Origin: Alphaproteobacteria bacterium
GTDB taxonomy: Bacteria; Pseudomonadota; Alphaproteobacteria; UBA828
Reading direction: 5' to 3'
Length of the DNA stretch: 64,000 nucleotides
Assembly (NCBI GenBank): GCA_965248825.1
Contig: CBDFKL010000006.1
Location: 705,255 to 769,254, forward strand
Position 1 is the first letter of the stretch. Every line of letters starts with the position of its first letter. The position numbers were made by a program, and so were the translations under genes. The notes below the pieces were generated by a model. The model saw nothing but the letters and a program-made list of their open reading frames with translations, was not told the DNA's origin and searched no databases. Of this stretch, positions 18,593-29,153 are shown one piece after another.

Positions 18593-20260
18593 TTACACGA
18601 GGTTGCGCAGGTTGGCGAGGTCGAAGGCGTCGTCGACGTCGAGCCAGTGGCCGGTAATGTAGAGGACGTCGATGACCGTCCCTCGCGCGATGAGACGAGC
18701 GAACACATCGGGCAGGTCGGCGTCGTCGAGGGCGCCCTCCCCAGCCATCGCTTCGAGCTCGGCCCGGATCAACGCGGCGCCTTCCGCCCCCAGCTTGGTG
18801 AGACCGATGAACTCGCCGTCGGCCGCTGGCGCATCAGCCGCCTCGGTCCAGATCGCTTCGAGGGTCACGCGCTCATCGTCGAGATAGCTGCCCGTGAAAG
18901 GCCGCGAGCAGCGCACCCAGTCGATAGGCCGATCCGGCGCACGGGAATTGCCGGCGCGGACCCGTGCGTCGACCACCGTCACGATATCTCCATCCGCCGC
19001 GAGGAGGCCGTCGAGCACGTGCCGGCGGAACAGGATGTCGCCATAGGAGACCAGACATGGCCCATCGAGCCGATCGCCAGCGCAGGCGAGGGAGCCGGCT
19101 TCACCGGTCTCGCCATAGCGGTCATTGTCGACGACCTCGACATTGGCGAGGGCGAGCGCCTCCTTACGGTAGCCGCGCACCACGGTCACGTCACGCACGC
19201 CGCCCTCGTTCAACGTGCCGACCAGGCGCTGGATCAGCGGCTCGCCGCGCACGTCGATCATGCATTTCGGGCGCTGCGCCGTGAGTGGGCCAAGCTTCTC
19301 GCCACGCGAGGCCGCGAGCAGGATCGCACGGTGGTCGCGGCCGCCGGGCCCGAGATAGCGCGCCTCGGCCGCGGCGAGCTCCGCATGGCCCATCAGCTCG
19401 AAGACGTCCCGCACCGGCGTGATCTCTCCTTCAACGGCGGTGAGCGATTCGCCTTCCTTGATGCGCCGGCTGATCGAGCGCATCGCCGTGACCGCCGCCC
19501 GCATGTTGTGGTTGGCCCAAATCACGAGGGATACGCCCGCGTCGCGAAAGGCCTGTGTCGGCGTCCGATGGTACATGGTCGGCACGATCACCACCGGCGC
19601 GCGCGCGCGCCAGGCAGCGCAGAACCGCGTGATCTCCTCGGCGGTCTCCTTTTTCGAGTGGATCAGCACCGCGTCCGCACCGGCCTCGTGATAGGCTTCG
19701 GCTCGACGCAGCGCCTCATCCATACTCCAGCCGGCGATCAGCGCCTCGACGCGTGCCACGAGCTGGAAGTCACCGTCGCTCTGGCTGTCCTTACCCGCCT
19801 TGATGCGGCCGCAGAACTCGCCCACATCCGCGAGCGGCTGGTTTTCGCCGATGAACGAGTTGGTTTTCGGGAACAGCTTGTCCTCGATGCAGACGCCTGC
19901 GATCCCCCGTTGACAGAGCTTCTTCACCAGACGGCGCACATTGTTGAAGTTGCCGTAGCCGGTGTCGCCGTCGACCAGGATGGGGATATCGGTGGCATCG
20001 GCCATGAACTCGAGCATTTCGAGCACCTGAGTCCAGGAGGCCTCGTTGTTGTCGCGCACGCCAAGGGCGGCCGACATCGAGAGCCCCGAGGCCCAAATGC
20101 CTTCGAAGCCGGCCTCCTCCACAATCTTCGCGGAGAGCCCGTTGTGCGCCTCCATGATGAAGGAGAGCTCAGGCGAGCGCAGCAGCGCGCGCAGCAGCGC
20201 GGCCTTGGACGGCGCCTGCGCCCGCCCCCCGACGGGGCTGTTGGAAAGCCGCGTCGCCAT
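18593..20260 (-). CDS. pepM: phosphoenolpyruvate mutase fused to a C-terminal LicC-like nucleotidyltransferase (PepM-PntC-type fusion)
   Basis: The N-terminal ~300 aa carry the PEP-mutase signature [12 protein letters not shown] and [19 protein letters not shown]. The C-terminal ~250 aa form an NTP_transferase fold ([33 protein letters not shown]…HWLDVDD). Confidence 0.9.
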   Translation of the reverse strand: MATRLSNSPVGGRAQAPSKAALLRALLRSPELSFIMEAHNGLSAKIVEEAGFEGIWASGLSMSAALGVRDNNEASWTQVLEMLEFMADATDIPILVDGDTGYGNFNNVRRLVKKLCQRGIAGVCIEDKLFPKTNSFIGENQPLADVGEFCGRIKAGKDSQSDGDFQLVARVEALIAGWSMDEALRRAEAYHEAGADAVLIHSKKETAEEITRFCAAWRARAPVVIVPTMYHRTPTQAFRDAGVSLVIWANHNMRAAVTAMRSISRRIKEGESLTAVEGEITPVRDVFELMGHAELAAAEARYLGPGGRDHRAILLAASRGEKLGPLTAQRPKCMIDVRGEPLIQRLVGTLNEGGVRDVTVVRGYRKEALALANVEVVDNDRYGETGEAGSLACAGDRLDGPCLVSYGDILFRRHVLDGLLAADGDIVTVVDARVRAGNSRAPDRPIDWVRCSRPFTGSYLDDERVTLEAIWTEAADAPAADGEFIGLTKLGAEGAALIRAELEAMAGEGALDDADLPDVFARLIARGTVIDVLYITGHWLDVDDAFDLANLRNLV

Positions 20261-20620
20261 AGTCGATACGTCGCCCGCCGATGACTCTGTTGCGCCAAAG
20301 TGTCACGAAAAGGTAGCGATCCGCCGGCACCGATGCAATGCGGCCCGCCGAGAGGCGAAGCCAAGCGGACGTCTGAAACCGCCTTGCATGGTGTTTACCG
20401 CCGCCGCCGTTACGCGACGGAGCCATTGACCGTGCCTTCCCGGCATGGACAGATGCGGGCGCCGCACGTCACCGAGTCGGTCGGGGTGGGAGGGCTTGCA
20501 AGACCCAGTCCTGCGGCGATCCTATGATCGGAGAGGGCGGCAGCGCGGAGGTCCGACTGTCATGTTTACGTCGGATTCCCCAGTCTTCTTCCGCCACCGA
20601 TTCACCACGGCAAGAACGCG

Positions 20621-21763
20621 ATGCCACCGACCGATCACGACGCCATCCCATTCATCGACCTGCAGGCCCAATATCGCCGCCTCAAACGCGAGATCGATAC
20701 CGCGATCACACGGGTTCTGGAGGATGGCCGGTTCGTCATGGGGCCGGCGGTGGCCGAGCTGGAGGCGGCTCTCGCCGCGCGCATCGGAGGCGGGCACGCG
20801 GTCACCTGCGGGAGCGGCACCGATGCTCTCTTGATCCCGCTGATGGCCGCGGGCGTCGGTGCGGGAGATGCGATCTTCATCCCGAGCTTCACCTTTACGG
20901 CGACGGCGGAGGTCGCGGCGCTGCTCGGCGCGACGCCGATATTCGTCGACGTGAACGAAAGAACCTATCTGATCGATCCCGCCGATCTTGCGGCGCGGGT
21001 TTCTCGCGTCGTGGCGGAGGGTCGACTGCGGCCACGGGCGGTGATCGCCGTCGACCTGTTTGGGCAAGCGGCGGACTATGCCGCGCTCACGCCGATCACG
21101 GCGGAGTGGGAGATGCTGCTGATCGCGGACGCGGCGCAAAGCTTCGGCGGGGCGAGCGGCGGACGGCCGGTCGGCGCCCTGGCACCGGTCACCACGACCA
21201 GCTTTTACCCGGCGAAGCCGCTCGGCTGCTACGGCGAGGGCGGCGCACTCTTTACCGACGACGAGGCGCGGGCGGCCGGCTACCGCTCCATCCGCCAGCA
21301 TGGTCGGGGCAGCGGCCAATACGACACCGTCCGGATCGGCCTCAATAGCCGCCTTGATACCCTCCAGGCCGCCATTCTTCTTGCCAAGCTACCGGTCCTG
21401 GATGCCGAGATCGACGCGCGCGAGCGGGCCGCGGCGCTCTATGATTCCGCGCTCGCCGGGGTCGCCGGGCTGCCGGAGCGACTCTCCGCGCGCCGCTCGA
21501 CCTGGGCGCAATACACCATCCGCCTTGAGCAGCGCGACGCGGTCGCGATGCGGTTGAAGGCGCAAGGCATCCCAACCGCAATCCACTATCCGCTGCCGAT
21601 GCACCTGCAACCGGCCTACAGCGCCTATGGCGAGGGCCCGGGTTCGCTGCCTGTCAGCGAGCGCCTGAGCCGGCAGGTGCTGTGCCTGCCGATGCACGCG
21701 GACCTCGATGAAGCAACGATTGTGCGAATCGCCAGCGCCGTGCGCGATACGGCGACGGGTTGA
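20621..21763 (+). CDS. DegT/DnrJ/EryC1/StrS-family PLP-dependent aminotransferase
   Basis: The family pattern is present: FIDLQAQY…GSGTDALL…TTSFYPAKPLGCYGEGGA (PLP lysine region). It is transcribed divergently from pepM-ppd. Confidence 0.85.
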   Translation: MPPTDHDAIPFIDLQAQYRRLKREIDTAITRVLEDGRFVMGPAVAELEAALAARIGGGHAVTCGSGTDALLIPLMAAGVGAGDAIFIPSFTFTATAEVAALLGATPIFVDVNERTYLIDPADLAARVSRVVAEGRLRPRAVIAVDLFGQAADYAALTPITAEWEMLLIADAAQSFGGASGGRPVGALAPVTTTSFYPAKPLGCYGEGGALFTDDEARAAGYRSIRQHGRGSGQYDTVRIGLNSRLDTLQAAILLAKLPVLDAEIDARERAAALYDSALAGVAGLPERLSARRSTWAQYTIRLEQRDAVAMRLKAQGIPTAIHYPLPMHLQPAYSAYGEGPGSLPVSERLSRQVLCLPMHADLDEATIVRIASAVRDTATG

Positions 21764-21772
21764 ACCGCGCCC

Positions 21773-22984
21773 ATGGCTTCAGCTTCTGCACCCACCTCAC
21801 CAACCCGCTGGGACATCGTCCTGATGGCCCTCGGCGCCGGGATCCTCGCCGGGTTCCAGGTCGGCAAAGTACCGCCGGCCTTGCCGGTGCTGCGCGAAAC
21901 GCTAGGGCTCGACCTGGTCACGGCAGGCTGGCTCACCTCGATCTATTATGGGATCGGCGCCGTCGTCGCGGTCGCGGTGGGGCTGCTCTCCGATCGCGCG
22001 GGTCCACGGCGCCTGATGCTTGCAGGCGTGGCCTGCCTGGGCGCGGGCAGCCTGATGGGCGGGCTGGTGAACGACGGCGCGTGGCTGCTCGTCGCACGCT
22101 TCTTCGAGGGCTTCGGTTTCGTCGGGATCACGGTGACGGCGCCCAAGCTGATCGCCGTCGCGGCGCGGCCGCAGGACCACGGCCTCGCCTTCGGCATCTG
22201 GGGCGCCTATATGCCGATCGGCATGGCGATCGCCATGCTGGTCGCACCGGCGTCGCTCGATGCTCTCGGCTGGCGCGGCTTCTGGCTGGTCAGCGCCGCG
22301 CTTGTCGCGCTCTTCATGGCCGGGCTCGCGTGGAGCCTCCGGCTGCAACGCTGGCCGGTCAGGTTCGAAGCGCAGGCGCTCGACTGGCCCGGCGTGCGCG
22401 CGACTCTGGCGCGACCCGCGCTCTGGCTGTTCGGCCTCTGCTTCGCATTCTACACCTTGCAGTGGTTCGCCATCATGAGCTGGCTGCCGACCTTCCTGAT
22501 CGAGACCCAGGATCGGTCGGCCGCCGGTGCCGCCATCTGGGGCGCGGTGGTGGTGGGGATCAACGCGTTGGGCAATTTCGCCGCGGCTTGGCTGATGCAT
22601 CGGGGTGCGCCGCGCTGGGCGTTGATCGGCGTCGCCTTCTTGGTGATGGGCGGGACATCGGCCGGCATCTTCCTGTCTGGCACGCCCGGCGACCTCAAAA
22701 TCGTGCTCGCCTTCGCCTTCAGCGCCATCGGCGGCCTGCTGCCGGCGGCCGCGATCGCGGGCGCCGCCGCCCATGCGCCAACCGCCGCCTTCGTCGCGAT
22801 GGCGAGCGGCTTCGTCGTGCAGGGAGCGGCGCTCGGCAGTCTGTTCGGGCCGCCGGTGATGGCCATCGCGGTCGAAGGCCTCGGCGGCTGGGCCGCATCC
22901 TGGTGGCTGATGCTCGCCGTCTCGGCCGCCGGGCTCGGCCTCGTTACGGCGCTGGTTCCGGCGGAACGCAAGGCCAGCGGCTAA
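21773..22984 (+). CDS. MFS transporter
   Basis: It has 12 predicted TM helices and an MFS loop motif (LSDRAGPRRLM). Only 9 nt separate it from the DegT-family gene. Confidence 0.8.
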   Translation: MASASAPTSPTRWDIVLMALGAGILAGFQVGKVPPALPVLRETLGLDLVTAGWLTSIYYGIGAVVAVAVGLLSDRAGPRRLMLAGVACLGAGSLMGGLVNDGAWLLVARFFEGFGFVGITVTAPKLIAVAARPQDHGLAFGIWGAYMPIGMAIAMLVAPASLDALGWRGFWLVSAALVALFMAGLAWSLRLQRWPVRFEAQALDWPGVRATLARPALWLFGLCFAFYTLQWFAIMSWLPTFLIETQDRSAAGAAIWGAVVVGINALGNFAAAWLMHRGAPRWALIGVAFLVMGGTSAGIFLSGTPGDLKIVLAFAFSAIGGLLPAAAIAGAAAHAPTAAFVAMASGFVVQGAALGSLFGPPVMAIAVEGLGGWAASWWLMLAVSAAGLGLVTALVPAERKASG

Positions 22985-23083
22985 TCCCCCGTACCTCCGT
23001 TTCGCGGCCCTCGCCGGTGACGCTCGCATAGCGCGCGACGGGCCAATCGGCAATCGCCGCCAGGGCGGCGCGGGGTGTCCCGT

Positions 23084-26000
23084 TCAGGCGATCTCGGCCT
23101 CGGCGTCGTCGCTCAGCGGGTGGGCCAGGCGCGAGATCATCTCCTTGGGGCAGATCTGCCAGAACTTACCGATCTCGAGAGCCCAGTCGGCGAGCAGACG
23201 CTCGCTGTAGCGCGACCGGGTCTCGGCGTGGTGCTCCGCCACCAGGGCCCGGCACTCGTTCTCCCAATGCGCGCTCGCGATCCGCTGCCAGACCACCGTG
23301 TCGGCGTTCACGCGCCGTTCGAAGGAGGCGTCGGGGTCGTAGACGAAGGCCATGCCGCCGGTCATGCCGGCGGCGAAATTGTCCCCGACCGGCCCCAGGA
23401 TCACCGCGACGCCGCCAGTCATATATTCGCAACCGTTGGAGCCACAGCCTTCGACCACGGCGCGCGCGCCGGAGTTGCGCACGCAGAAACGCTCACCCGC
23501 TTGGCCGGCAGCGAACAATTTGCCGCCGATCGCACCGTAGAGAACGACATTGCCGATAATCGTGTTCTCGTTGGAGATGAGCAGGCTCGAGGTCGGCAGG
23601 CGGACGACGATCGTGCCGCCGGAGAGGCCTTTGCCGACATAGTCGTTGGCATCGCCGATCACCACGATCTTCAGGCCCTGGACCGCCCAGGCCCCGAGCG
23701 ACTGGCCGGCGGAGCCGCGCAGACTCACCGTGAAATAGTCGGGCGGCAGGCCCGACATGCCGAACCGCCGCGTCAGGTTGGACGAAAGCTTGGCGCCGAT
23801 CGAGCGGTGGGTGTTGCGGATCGTGTAGGCGAGCTGCATCTTTTCCGGCACTTCCAGCGCGTCGTCGGCGTCGCTGATCATCTGCTCGTCGAGGGTGCCC
23901 GGCACCTCGATCCGGCCTTGGCGCGTCGAGTGGCGGGGCTGACCACCCGGGTCGGCCTGAACCAGAAGCGGGTTGAGGTCGAGATCGTCGAGGTCGGCGC
24001 TGCCGCGGCTGACCTGGCGGAGCAAGTCGGTGCGCCCGGTGATCTCGTCGAGCGTCGTCGCGCCGAGCGAGGCCAGGATCTCGCGCACCTCCTCGGCGAT
24101 GAAGCTGAACAGATTGACCACCTTCTCCGGCGTGCCCTCGAACTTGGCACGGAGCGCCGGATCCTGCGTGCAGACCCCGACGGGGCAGGTATTGCTATGG
24201 CACTGGCGCACGAGAATGCAGCCCATCGCGACCAGCGAGGCCGTGCCGACGCCGAACTCCTCGGCGCCGAGCATGGCAGCGATGACGACGTCGCGGCCGG
24301 TCTTGATGCCGCCGTCGACCCGCACGGTCGTGATGTGCCGCAAGCGGTTCAGGGTCAGCACCTGGTGAACCTCGGCGAGGCCCATCTCCCACGGCACGCC
24401 AGCATATTTCACGCTGCTTTGGGGAGATGCGCCGGTACCCCCGTCATGGCCGGAGATCAAGATCACGTCGGCCTTGGCCTTGGCGACACCCGCAGCAATG
24501 GTGCCGATGCCGGCCTCGGCCACGAGCTTCACCGAGACGCGCGCCTGCGGATTGATCTGCTTCAGATCGTAGATCAGTTGCGCGAGGTCTTCGATCGAGT
24601 AGATGTCGTGATGGGGGGGCGGTGAGATGAGCGTGACCCCCGGCGTCGCGTGACGAAGCCGGGCGATTTCGTCCGACACCTTGAACCCCGGTAGCTGTCC
24701 GCCTTCACCCGGCTTCGCCCCCTGGGCTATCTTGATCTCGATCTCGCGGCAGCGGTTCAAATATTCCGCGGTCACGCCGAAGCGGGCAGAAGCGATCTGC
24801 TTGACCGCGGAGGACGCGTTGTCCCCGTTGTCGCGCGGCTCAAAGCGCTCCCGAGCTTCCCCACCCTCGCCGCTGCACGAGGCCGCGCCGATGCGGTTCA
24901 TGGCGATGGCAAGCGTCTCATGCGCCTCCTTCGAGAGCGCGCCGTGCGACATGCTGCCGCTCATGAAGCGCTTGCGGATCTGGGTGATCGATTCCACCGT
25001 CTCGAGCCCGACCGCCGCGCGCTCGGGCTTGAAATCGAGCAGGTCGCGGACGTGGATCGGCGGCAGCGCATAGACGCCCTCGGCATATTTCTTGTAGGTC
25101 GCGAAGGAGTCGCTCGCGAGCGCGGCCTGGAGCCCGTGGATCAGCGGCCCATCGAAGGCGTGGACCTCGCCCGATCGACGGTACTTGAAAAGCCCTCCCA
25201 CCGGCAGCACGACCGGGCTCTCTTCATAGGCCTTGCGGTGCTGCACCAGCACGCGTCGCTTGATGCCGCTGAGGCCGATTCCCGATAGGCGCGCTGTCAT
25301 GCCCGGGAAGAAATCGGCGACCAATGCCCGGCTGAGCCCGACGGCTTCGAAATTGTAGCCGCTCCGATAGGAGCTCAACACCGAGATGCCCATCTTGGAG
25401 AGGATCTTGAGGAGCCCGGAATCGACCGCGTTCCGGAAGCGCCGTTCGCATTCCGCCAAACTCCGATCGCCGAACAGCCCGCGCTCCTGCCGATCCGCCA
25501 CGCTTTCGAGCGCGAGGTAGGGATTGATCGTGGTCGCGCCGACCCCGATCAAGACCGCGAAATAGTGCACATCGAGGCACTCGGCAGCGCGCACATTGAT
25601 CGAGGTGAAGGTCCTGAGCCGTTGTCGGACGAGATGGCCGTGCACCCCGCCGGCGGCGAGGATCATGGGGATCGGCGCGCGCCCGTCCGAGACGTGCTCG
25701 TCGGTCAGGATCAGATGGGTGGCGCCGCCGCGAACCGCCTCTTCGGAATCGCCACGAACCCGGTCGACAGCGGCCGTAAGCTGGCCATGGCCGGAGGTTG
25801 CATCGAAGGTGCAGTCGATCCACGCCGCCTTATCACCCAAATGGCCGAGCAGCGCCGAGAATTCACCGTTGGTCAGAACCGGCGAGTCGAGCTGCATCAG
25901 CGCGGTCTGCTCGGGGATGTCGGCGAAGATGTTCCCCATGCCGCCGAGCCGGGTCAGCAAGCTCATGACGCTGTATTCGCGCAAGGAATCGATCGGCGGA

Positions 26001-27601
26001 TTGGTCACCTGGGCGAACATCTGCCGGAAATAATGATGCAGGCCGCGATACTGGCTTGAGAGCACGGCGAGCGGCGTGTCATCGCCCATCGAGCCGGTGG
26101 GCTCTTTGCCGTCCTCGACCATGGGATGGAGCACCAATTCGAGCTCCTCCATGGAATAGCCGACCATGCGCTGGCGCCTGCGAAGTTGATCGCGCGAAAA
26201 CATCCGAGGCTCCGCATGGCCGGCGACGAGAGCGCTCGCATCGACCACATCGGCGGTCCATGCGGCGTGGGGCCGGGCTGTGGCGAGCGCATCCTTGATC
26301 TCGCGGTCGTGATAGAGGCGTCCGGCCGCGAGGTCGACGCAGATCATCTGTCCGGGGCCGAGGCGGCCGTTCTCGACGACCGCCTCCGCGGCGAGCGGGA
26401 CCATCCCGGTCTCCGAGCCGACCACGAGCATCCCATCGGCGGTGATGCTGTAGCGCATCGGGCGCAGCCCGTTCCGATCCATCCCGGCGAGGATCCAGGT
26501 CCCGTCCGTCGCAGCGATCGCCGCCGGGCCGTCCCAGGGCTCCATGAGACAGTTGCAGTAGTTGTAGAATGCGCGATGGTCCGCCGGCATCCCCTGCTTC
26601 TTGGACCAGGCGTCCGGGATCAGGAGGCTGTGCGCGGCGGGCACCGAGCGGCCGGCGCGCACCAGTCCTTCAAGCACCGCATCGAGCGCCATCGAATCCG
26701 ACGCGGCCGGCTCGATCAGCGGAAAGAGCTCGTTGTTGTGAGCGCCGAAAACCTCGCTGGCGGCCCGAGTCTCATGACTCGCCATCCAGTTCTTGTTGCC
26801 GCGGATCGTGTTGATCTCGCCATTGTGGGCGAGCATTCGGAAAGGCTGCGCGAGGCGCCAGGTCGGGAAGGTGTTGGTCGAGTAGCGCTGGTGGAAGATC
26901 GCGAACCGTGAGACGAAGCGTTCGTCCAGGAGGTCCGGATAGAACGCCGTCAGCTGTTCGGCCAGAAACATGCCCTTGTAGATGAGCGACCGGCAGGAGA
27001 GCGAGCAGATGTAGAATCCGGTGATGTGATGGTCGAGGACCTGCTTCTCGATGCGCCGGCGGATGACATAGAGATCAATCTCAAACTGGTCGTCATCGAC
27101 GGCGCGCTCGTTCGAGATCATGACCTGCTCGATCTCGGGCCGGCTCGCGTTCGCCTTCTCACCAATGACGGAGGACTCGATCGGTACCTGGCGCCAGCCG
27201 TAGATCCCGTGGCCAAAGCGGAGAATCTCGGTCTCGACGATGCCCCGGCAGGTGTCCTGCGCGCCGAGATCGGTCTTGGGCAGGAAGACCATGCCGACGG
27301 CGAGGCGTCCAGCTTGGGCGCCGTGACCGGTGTTCTCGACATGCTCCTTGAAAAAGTCCTGCGGGATCTCGACATGAATCCCGGCGCCGTCACCGGTCTT
27401 TCCGTCGGCGTCGACCGCGCCCCGGTGCCACACCGCCTTGAGTGCGGCGATGCCCGCCTCGACCACGTCGCGCCGCGCCGCGCCGTCGAGCGCGGCAATC
27501 AGCCCGACTCCACACGAATCATGCTCGAAAGCGGGCAGATAGAGGCCATCCCGAGCGAGCGAGAGCCGCTGACTGGAGGCGACGTTCTTGCCGTATCTCA
27601 T
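23084..27601 (-). CDS. gltB: glutamate synthase large subunit
   Basis: The 1505-aa protein has an N-terminal Ntn amidotransferase domain (FEHDSCGVGLIA), an FMN/Fe-S central domain and a C-terminal GXGXG domain. Its start overlaps the gltD stop (ATGA). Confidence 0.95.
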   Translation of the reverse strand: MRYGKNVASSQRLSLARDGLYLPAFEHDSCGVGLIAALDGAARRDVVEAGIAALKAVWHRGAVDADGKTGDGAGIHVEIPQDFFKEHVENTGHGAQAGRLAVGMVFLPKTDLGAQDTCRGIVETEILRFGHGIYGWRQVPIESSVIGEKANASRPEIEQVMISNERAVDDDQFEIDLYVIRRRIEKQVLDHHITGFYICSLSCRSLIYKGMFLAEQLTAFYPDLLDERFVSRFAIFHQRYSTNTFPTWRLAQPFRMLAHNGEINTIRGNKNWMASHETRAASEVFGAHNNELFPLIEPAASDSMALDAVLEGLVRAGRSVPAAHSLLIPDAWSKKQGMPADHRAFYNYCNCLMEPWDGPAAIAATDGTWILAGMDRNGLRPMRYSITADGMLVVGSETGMVPLAAEAVVENGRLGPGQMICVDLAAGRLYHDREIKDALATARPHAAWTADVVDASALVAGHAEPRMFSRDQLRRRQRMVGYSMEELELVLHPMVEDGKEPTGSMGDDTPLAVLSSQYRGLHHYFRQMFAQVTNPPIDSLREYSVMSLLTRLGGMGNIFADIPEQTALMQLDSPVLTNGEFSALLGHLGDKAAWIDCTFDATSGHGQLTAAVDRVRGDSEEAVRGGATHLILTDEHVSDGRAPIPMILAAGGVHGHLVRQRLRTFTSINVRAAECLDVHYFAVLIGVGATTINPYLALESVADRQERGLFGDRSLAECERRFRNAVDSGLLKILSKMGISVLSSYRSGYNFEAVGLSRALVADFFPGMTARLSGIGLSGIKRRVLVQHRKAYEESPVVLPVGGLFKYRRSGEVHAFDGPLIHGLQAALASDSFATYKKYAEGVYALPPIHVRDLLDFKPERAAVGLETVESITQIRKRFMSGSMSHGALSKEAHETLAIAMNRIGAASCSGEGGEARERFEPRDNGDNASSAVKQIASARFGVTAEYLNRCREIEIKIAQGAKPGEGGQLPGFKVSDEIARLRHATPGVTLISPPPHHDIYSIEDLAQLIYDLKQINPQARVSVKLVAEAGIGTIAAGVAKAKADVILISGHDGGTGASPQSSVKYAGVPWEMGLAEVHQVLTLNRLRHITTVRVDGGIKTGRDVVIAAMLGAEEFGVGTASLVAMGCILVRQCHSNTCPVGVCTQDPALRAKFEGTPEKVVNLFSFIAEEVREILASLGATTLDEITGRTDLLRQVSRGSADLDDLDLNPLLVQADPGGQPRHSTRQGRIEVPGTLDEQMISDADDALEVPEKMQLAYTIRNTHRSIGAKLSSNLTRRFGMSGLPPDYFTVSLRGSAGQSLGAWAVQGLKIVVIGDANDYVGKGLSGGTIVVRLPTSSLLISNENTIIGNVVLYGAIGGKLFAAGQAGERFCVRNSGARAVVEGCGSNGCEYMTGGVAVILGPVGDNFAAGMTGGMAFVYDPDASFERRVNADTVVWQRIASAHWENECRALVAEHHAETRSRYSERLLADWALEIGKFWQICPKEMISRLAHPLSDDAEAEIA

Positions 27602-29034
27602 GAAGCCCGCTCCGCCGCGACGTCACTCTCGACCGCGCTCGCTTGGATATAGCGGTGGATCGATCGAGCCGCGTCGCGGGCGTCCTTGATCGCCCAGACG
27701 ACGAGCGATGCCCCGCGGACGATATCGCCGACGGCAAAGACGCCGTCGAGGTTGGTCATCATCGTGCGCCAGTCGATCAGCAACGTTCCCCAGCGCGTCG
27801 TCTCAAGCGCCGGCGCCTCGAACAGCGCCGGGAGATCCTCGGGGTCGAAGCCGAGCGCCTTGATCAGGAGATCGGCATCGACGGTGTAGCTCGAGCCGGG
27901 AATCGCCTGGGGAGTCTGGCGGCCGCTCGCATCGGCAACACCGAGATGAATGCGCGCCGCGCGCACGCCCTCGACATGGGTATCGCCGAGCACCGCTTCC
28001 GGCGCGGACAGCCAGACGAACTCGACGCCCTCTTCCTCGGCGTGGGTCACCTCCTGCATCGAGCCCGGCATGTTCGCCCGATCGCGTCGGTAGAGGCAGC
28101 GTACCGAACGCGCGCCCTGACGCACCGCCGTGCGCACGCAATCCATCGCCGTGTCACCGCCGCCCACGACCACGACGTTCTTTCCCTGGGCGTCGAGCGT
28201 GCCGTCGTCGAAGGCCAGCACCTCATCACCGAGCCCTTTGCGGTTGCTCGCGGTGAGGTAGGACATCGCTTGAAAGATGTTGCCGAGCCCGATGCCCGGC
28301 ACCTTGATGTCGCGCGCCTTGTAAGCGCCGGTCGCGATCACCACCGCGTCGTGTCTCTCGCGCAGCTCGGCGAGCGAGCAATCACGGCCGACCTCGACAT
28401 TAAGGTGCATCCGTACGCCGCCCGCATCGAGCAGGTCCGACCGACGCTGAACGATGGTCTTTTCCAGCTTGAAATTGGGAATTCCGTAGATCAGAAGACC
28501 GCCGACCCGGTCATAACGGTCATAGACATGAACCTGGTATCCGTGGCGGCGCAGCTCTTCGGCGGCGGTCATCCCGCCGGGACCGGCGCCGATGATGCCG
28601 ACCGATTGGGGCCGCTCAGCCCGCGGCTTGGGCGGCTTGACCCAGCCGTTTTGGAACGCGGTGTCGGTAATGTAGCGCTCCACGGCGCCGATGGTGACCG
28701 CTTCGAATCCCTTCTCGATGACGCAATTGCCTTCGCACAGCCGATCCTGGGGGCAGATGCGGCCGCAGATCTCGGGCATGTTGTTGGTCGCCGCCGAGAC
28801 CTCGTAGGCTTCCTCCAGGCGTCCCTCCGCCGTCAGCGTGAGCCAGTCGGGAATATTGTTCGAGACCGGACAGTGAATCTGACAAAAAGGAACGCCGCAT
28901 TGCGAGCACCGCGCCGCCTGCTCCGCCGCCGGTTCGGGGCGGAAATCGTCATAGACCTCCCCCCAGTCGCGGCGCCGTAAGGCTGGCGCACGCTTGTCGG
29001 GATGCTGCTGCGCCAGAGTGACGAATCTGAGCAT
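27598..29034 (-). CDS. gltD: glutamate synthase small subunit (NADPH-dependent)
   Basis: Two Fe-S cysteine clusters (CSQCGVPFC…CPVSNNIP…CEGNC) and two Rossmann GxGxxG motifs are present. Start taken at MLRFV; the longer ORF-track N-terminus is doubtful. Confidence 0.9.
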   Translation of the reverse strand: MLRFVTLAQQHPDKRAPALRRRDWGEVYDDFRPEPAAEQAARCSQCGVPFCQIHCPVSNNIPDWLTLTAEGRLEEAYEVSAATNNMPEICGRICPQDRLCEGNCVIEKGFEAVTIGAVERYITDTAFQNGWVKPPKPRAERPQSVGIIGAGPGGMTAAEELRRHGYQVHVYDRYDRVGGLLIYGIPNFKLEKTIVQRRSDLLDAGGVRMHLNVEVGRDCSLAELRERHDAVVIATGAYKARDIKVPGIGLGNIFQAMSYLTASNRKGLGDEVLAFDDGTLDAQGKNVVVVGGGDTAMDCVRTAVRQGARSVRCLYRRDRANMPGSMQEVTHAEEEGVEFVWLSAPEAVLGDTHVEGVRAARIHLGVADASGRQTPQAIPGSSYTVDADLLIKALGFDPEDLPALFEAPALETTRWGTLLIDWRTMMTNLDGVFAVGDIVRGASLVVWAIKDARDAARSIHRYIQASAVESDVAAERAS

Positions 29035-29153
29035 TTCCGCTGTCACACGCTCTCCCCCATGCGACGCCGATACCGGCGCCGCATGCCTTTCGCGGCTTGC
29101 TCCCTCATATAACCAAAAGAAACGCCCGGTGCCAAGCGTCGCGATCATAATAT

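Noticed and set aside
17759-18708. Antisense/alternate ORFs inside ppd (17759..18178, 17896..18708, 17887..18123)
   Set aside because: ppd carries the ThDP-binding GDG motif in its own frame. These are overlapping artefacts.
21902-23053. 383-aa minus ORF antisense to the MFS transporter
   Set aside because: It is an Arg/Gly/Glu-rich low-complexity translation. The plus strand encodes 12 clean TM helices.
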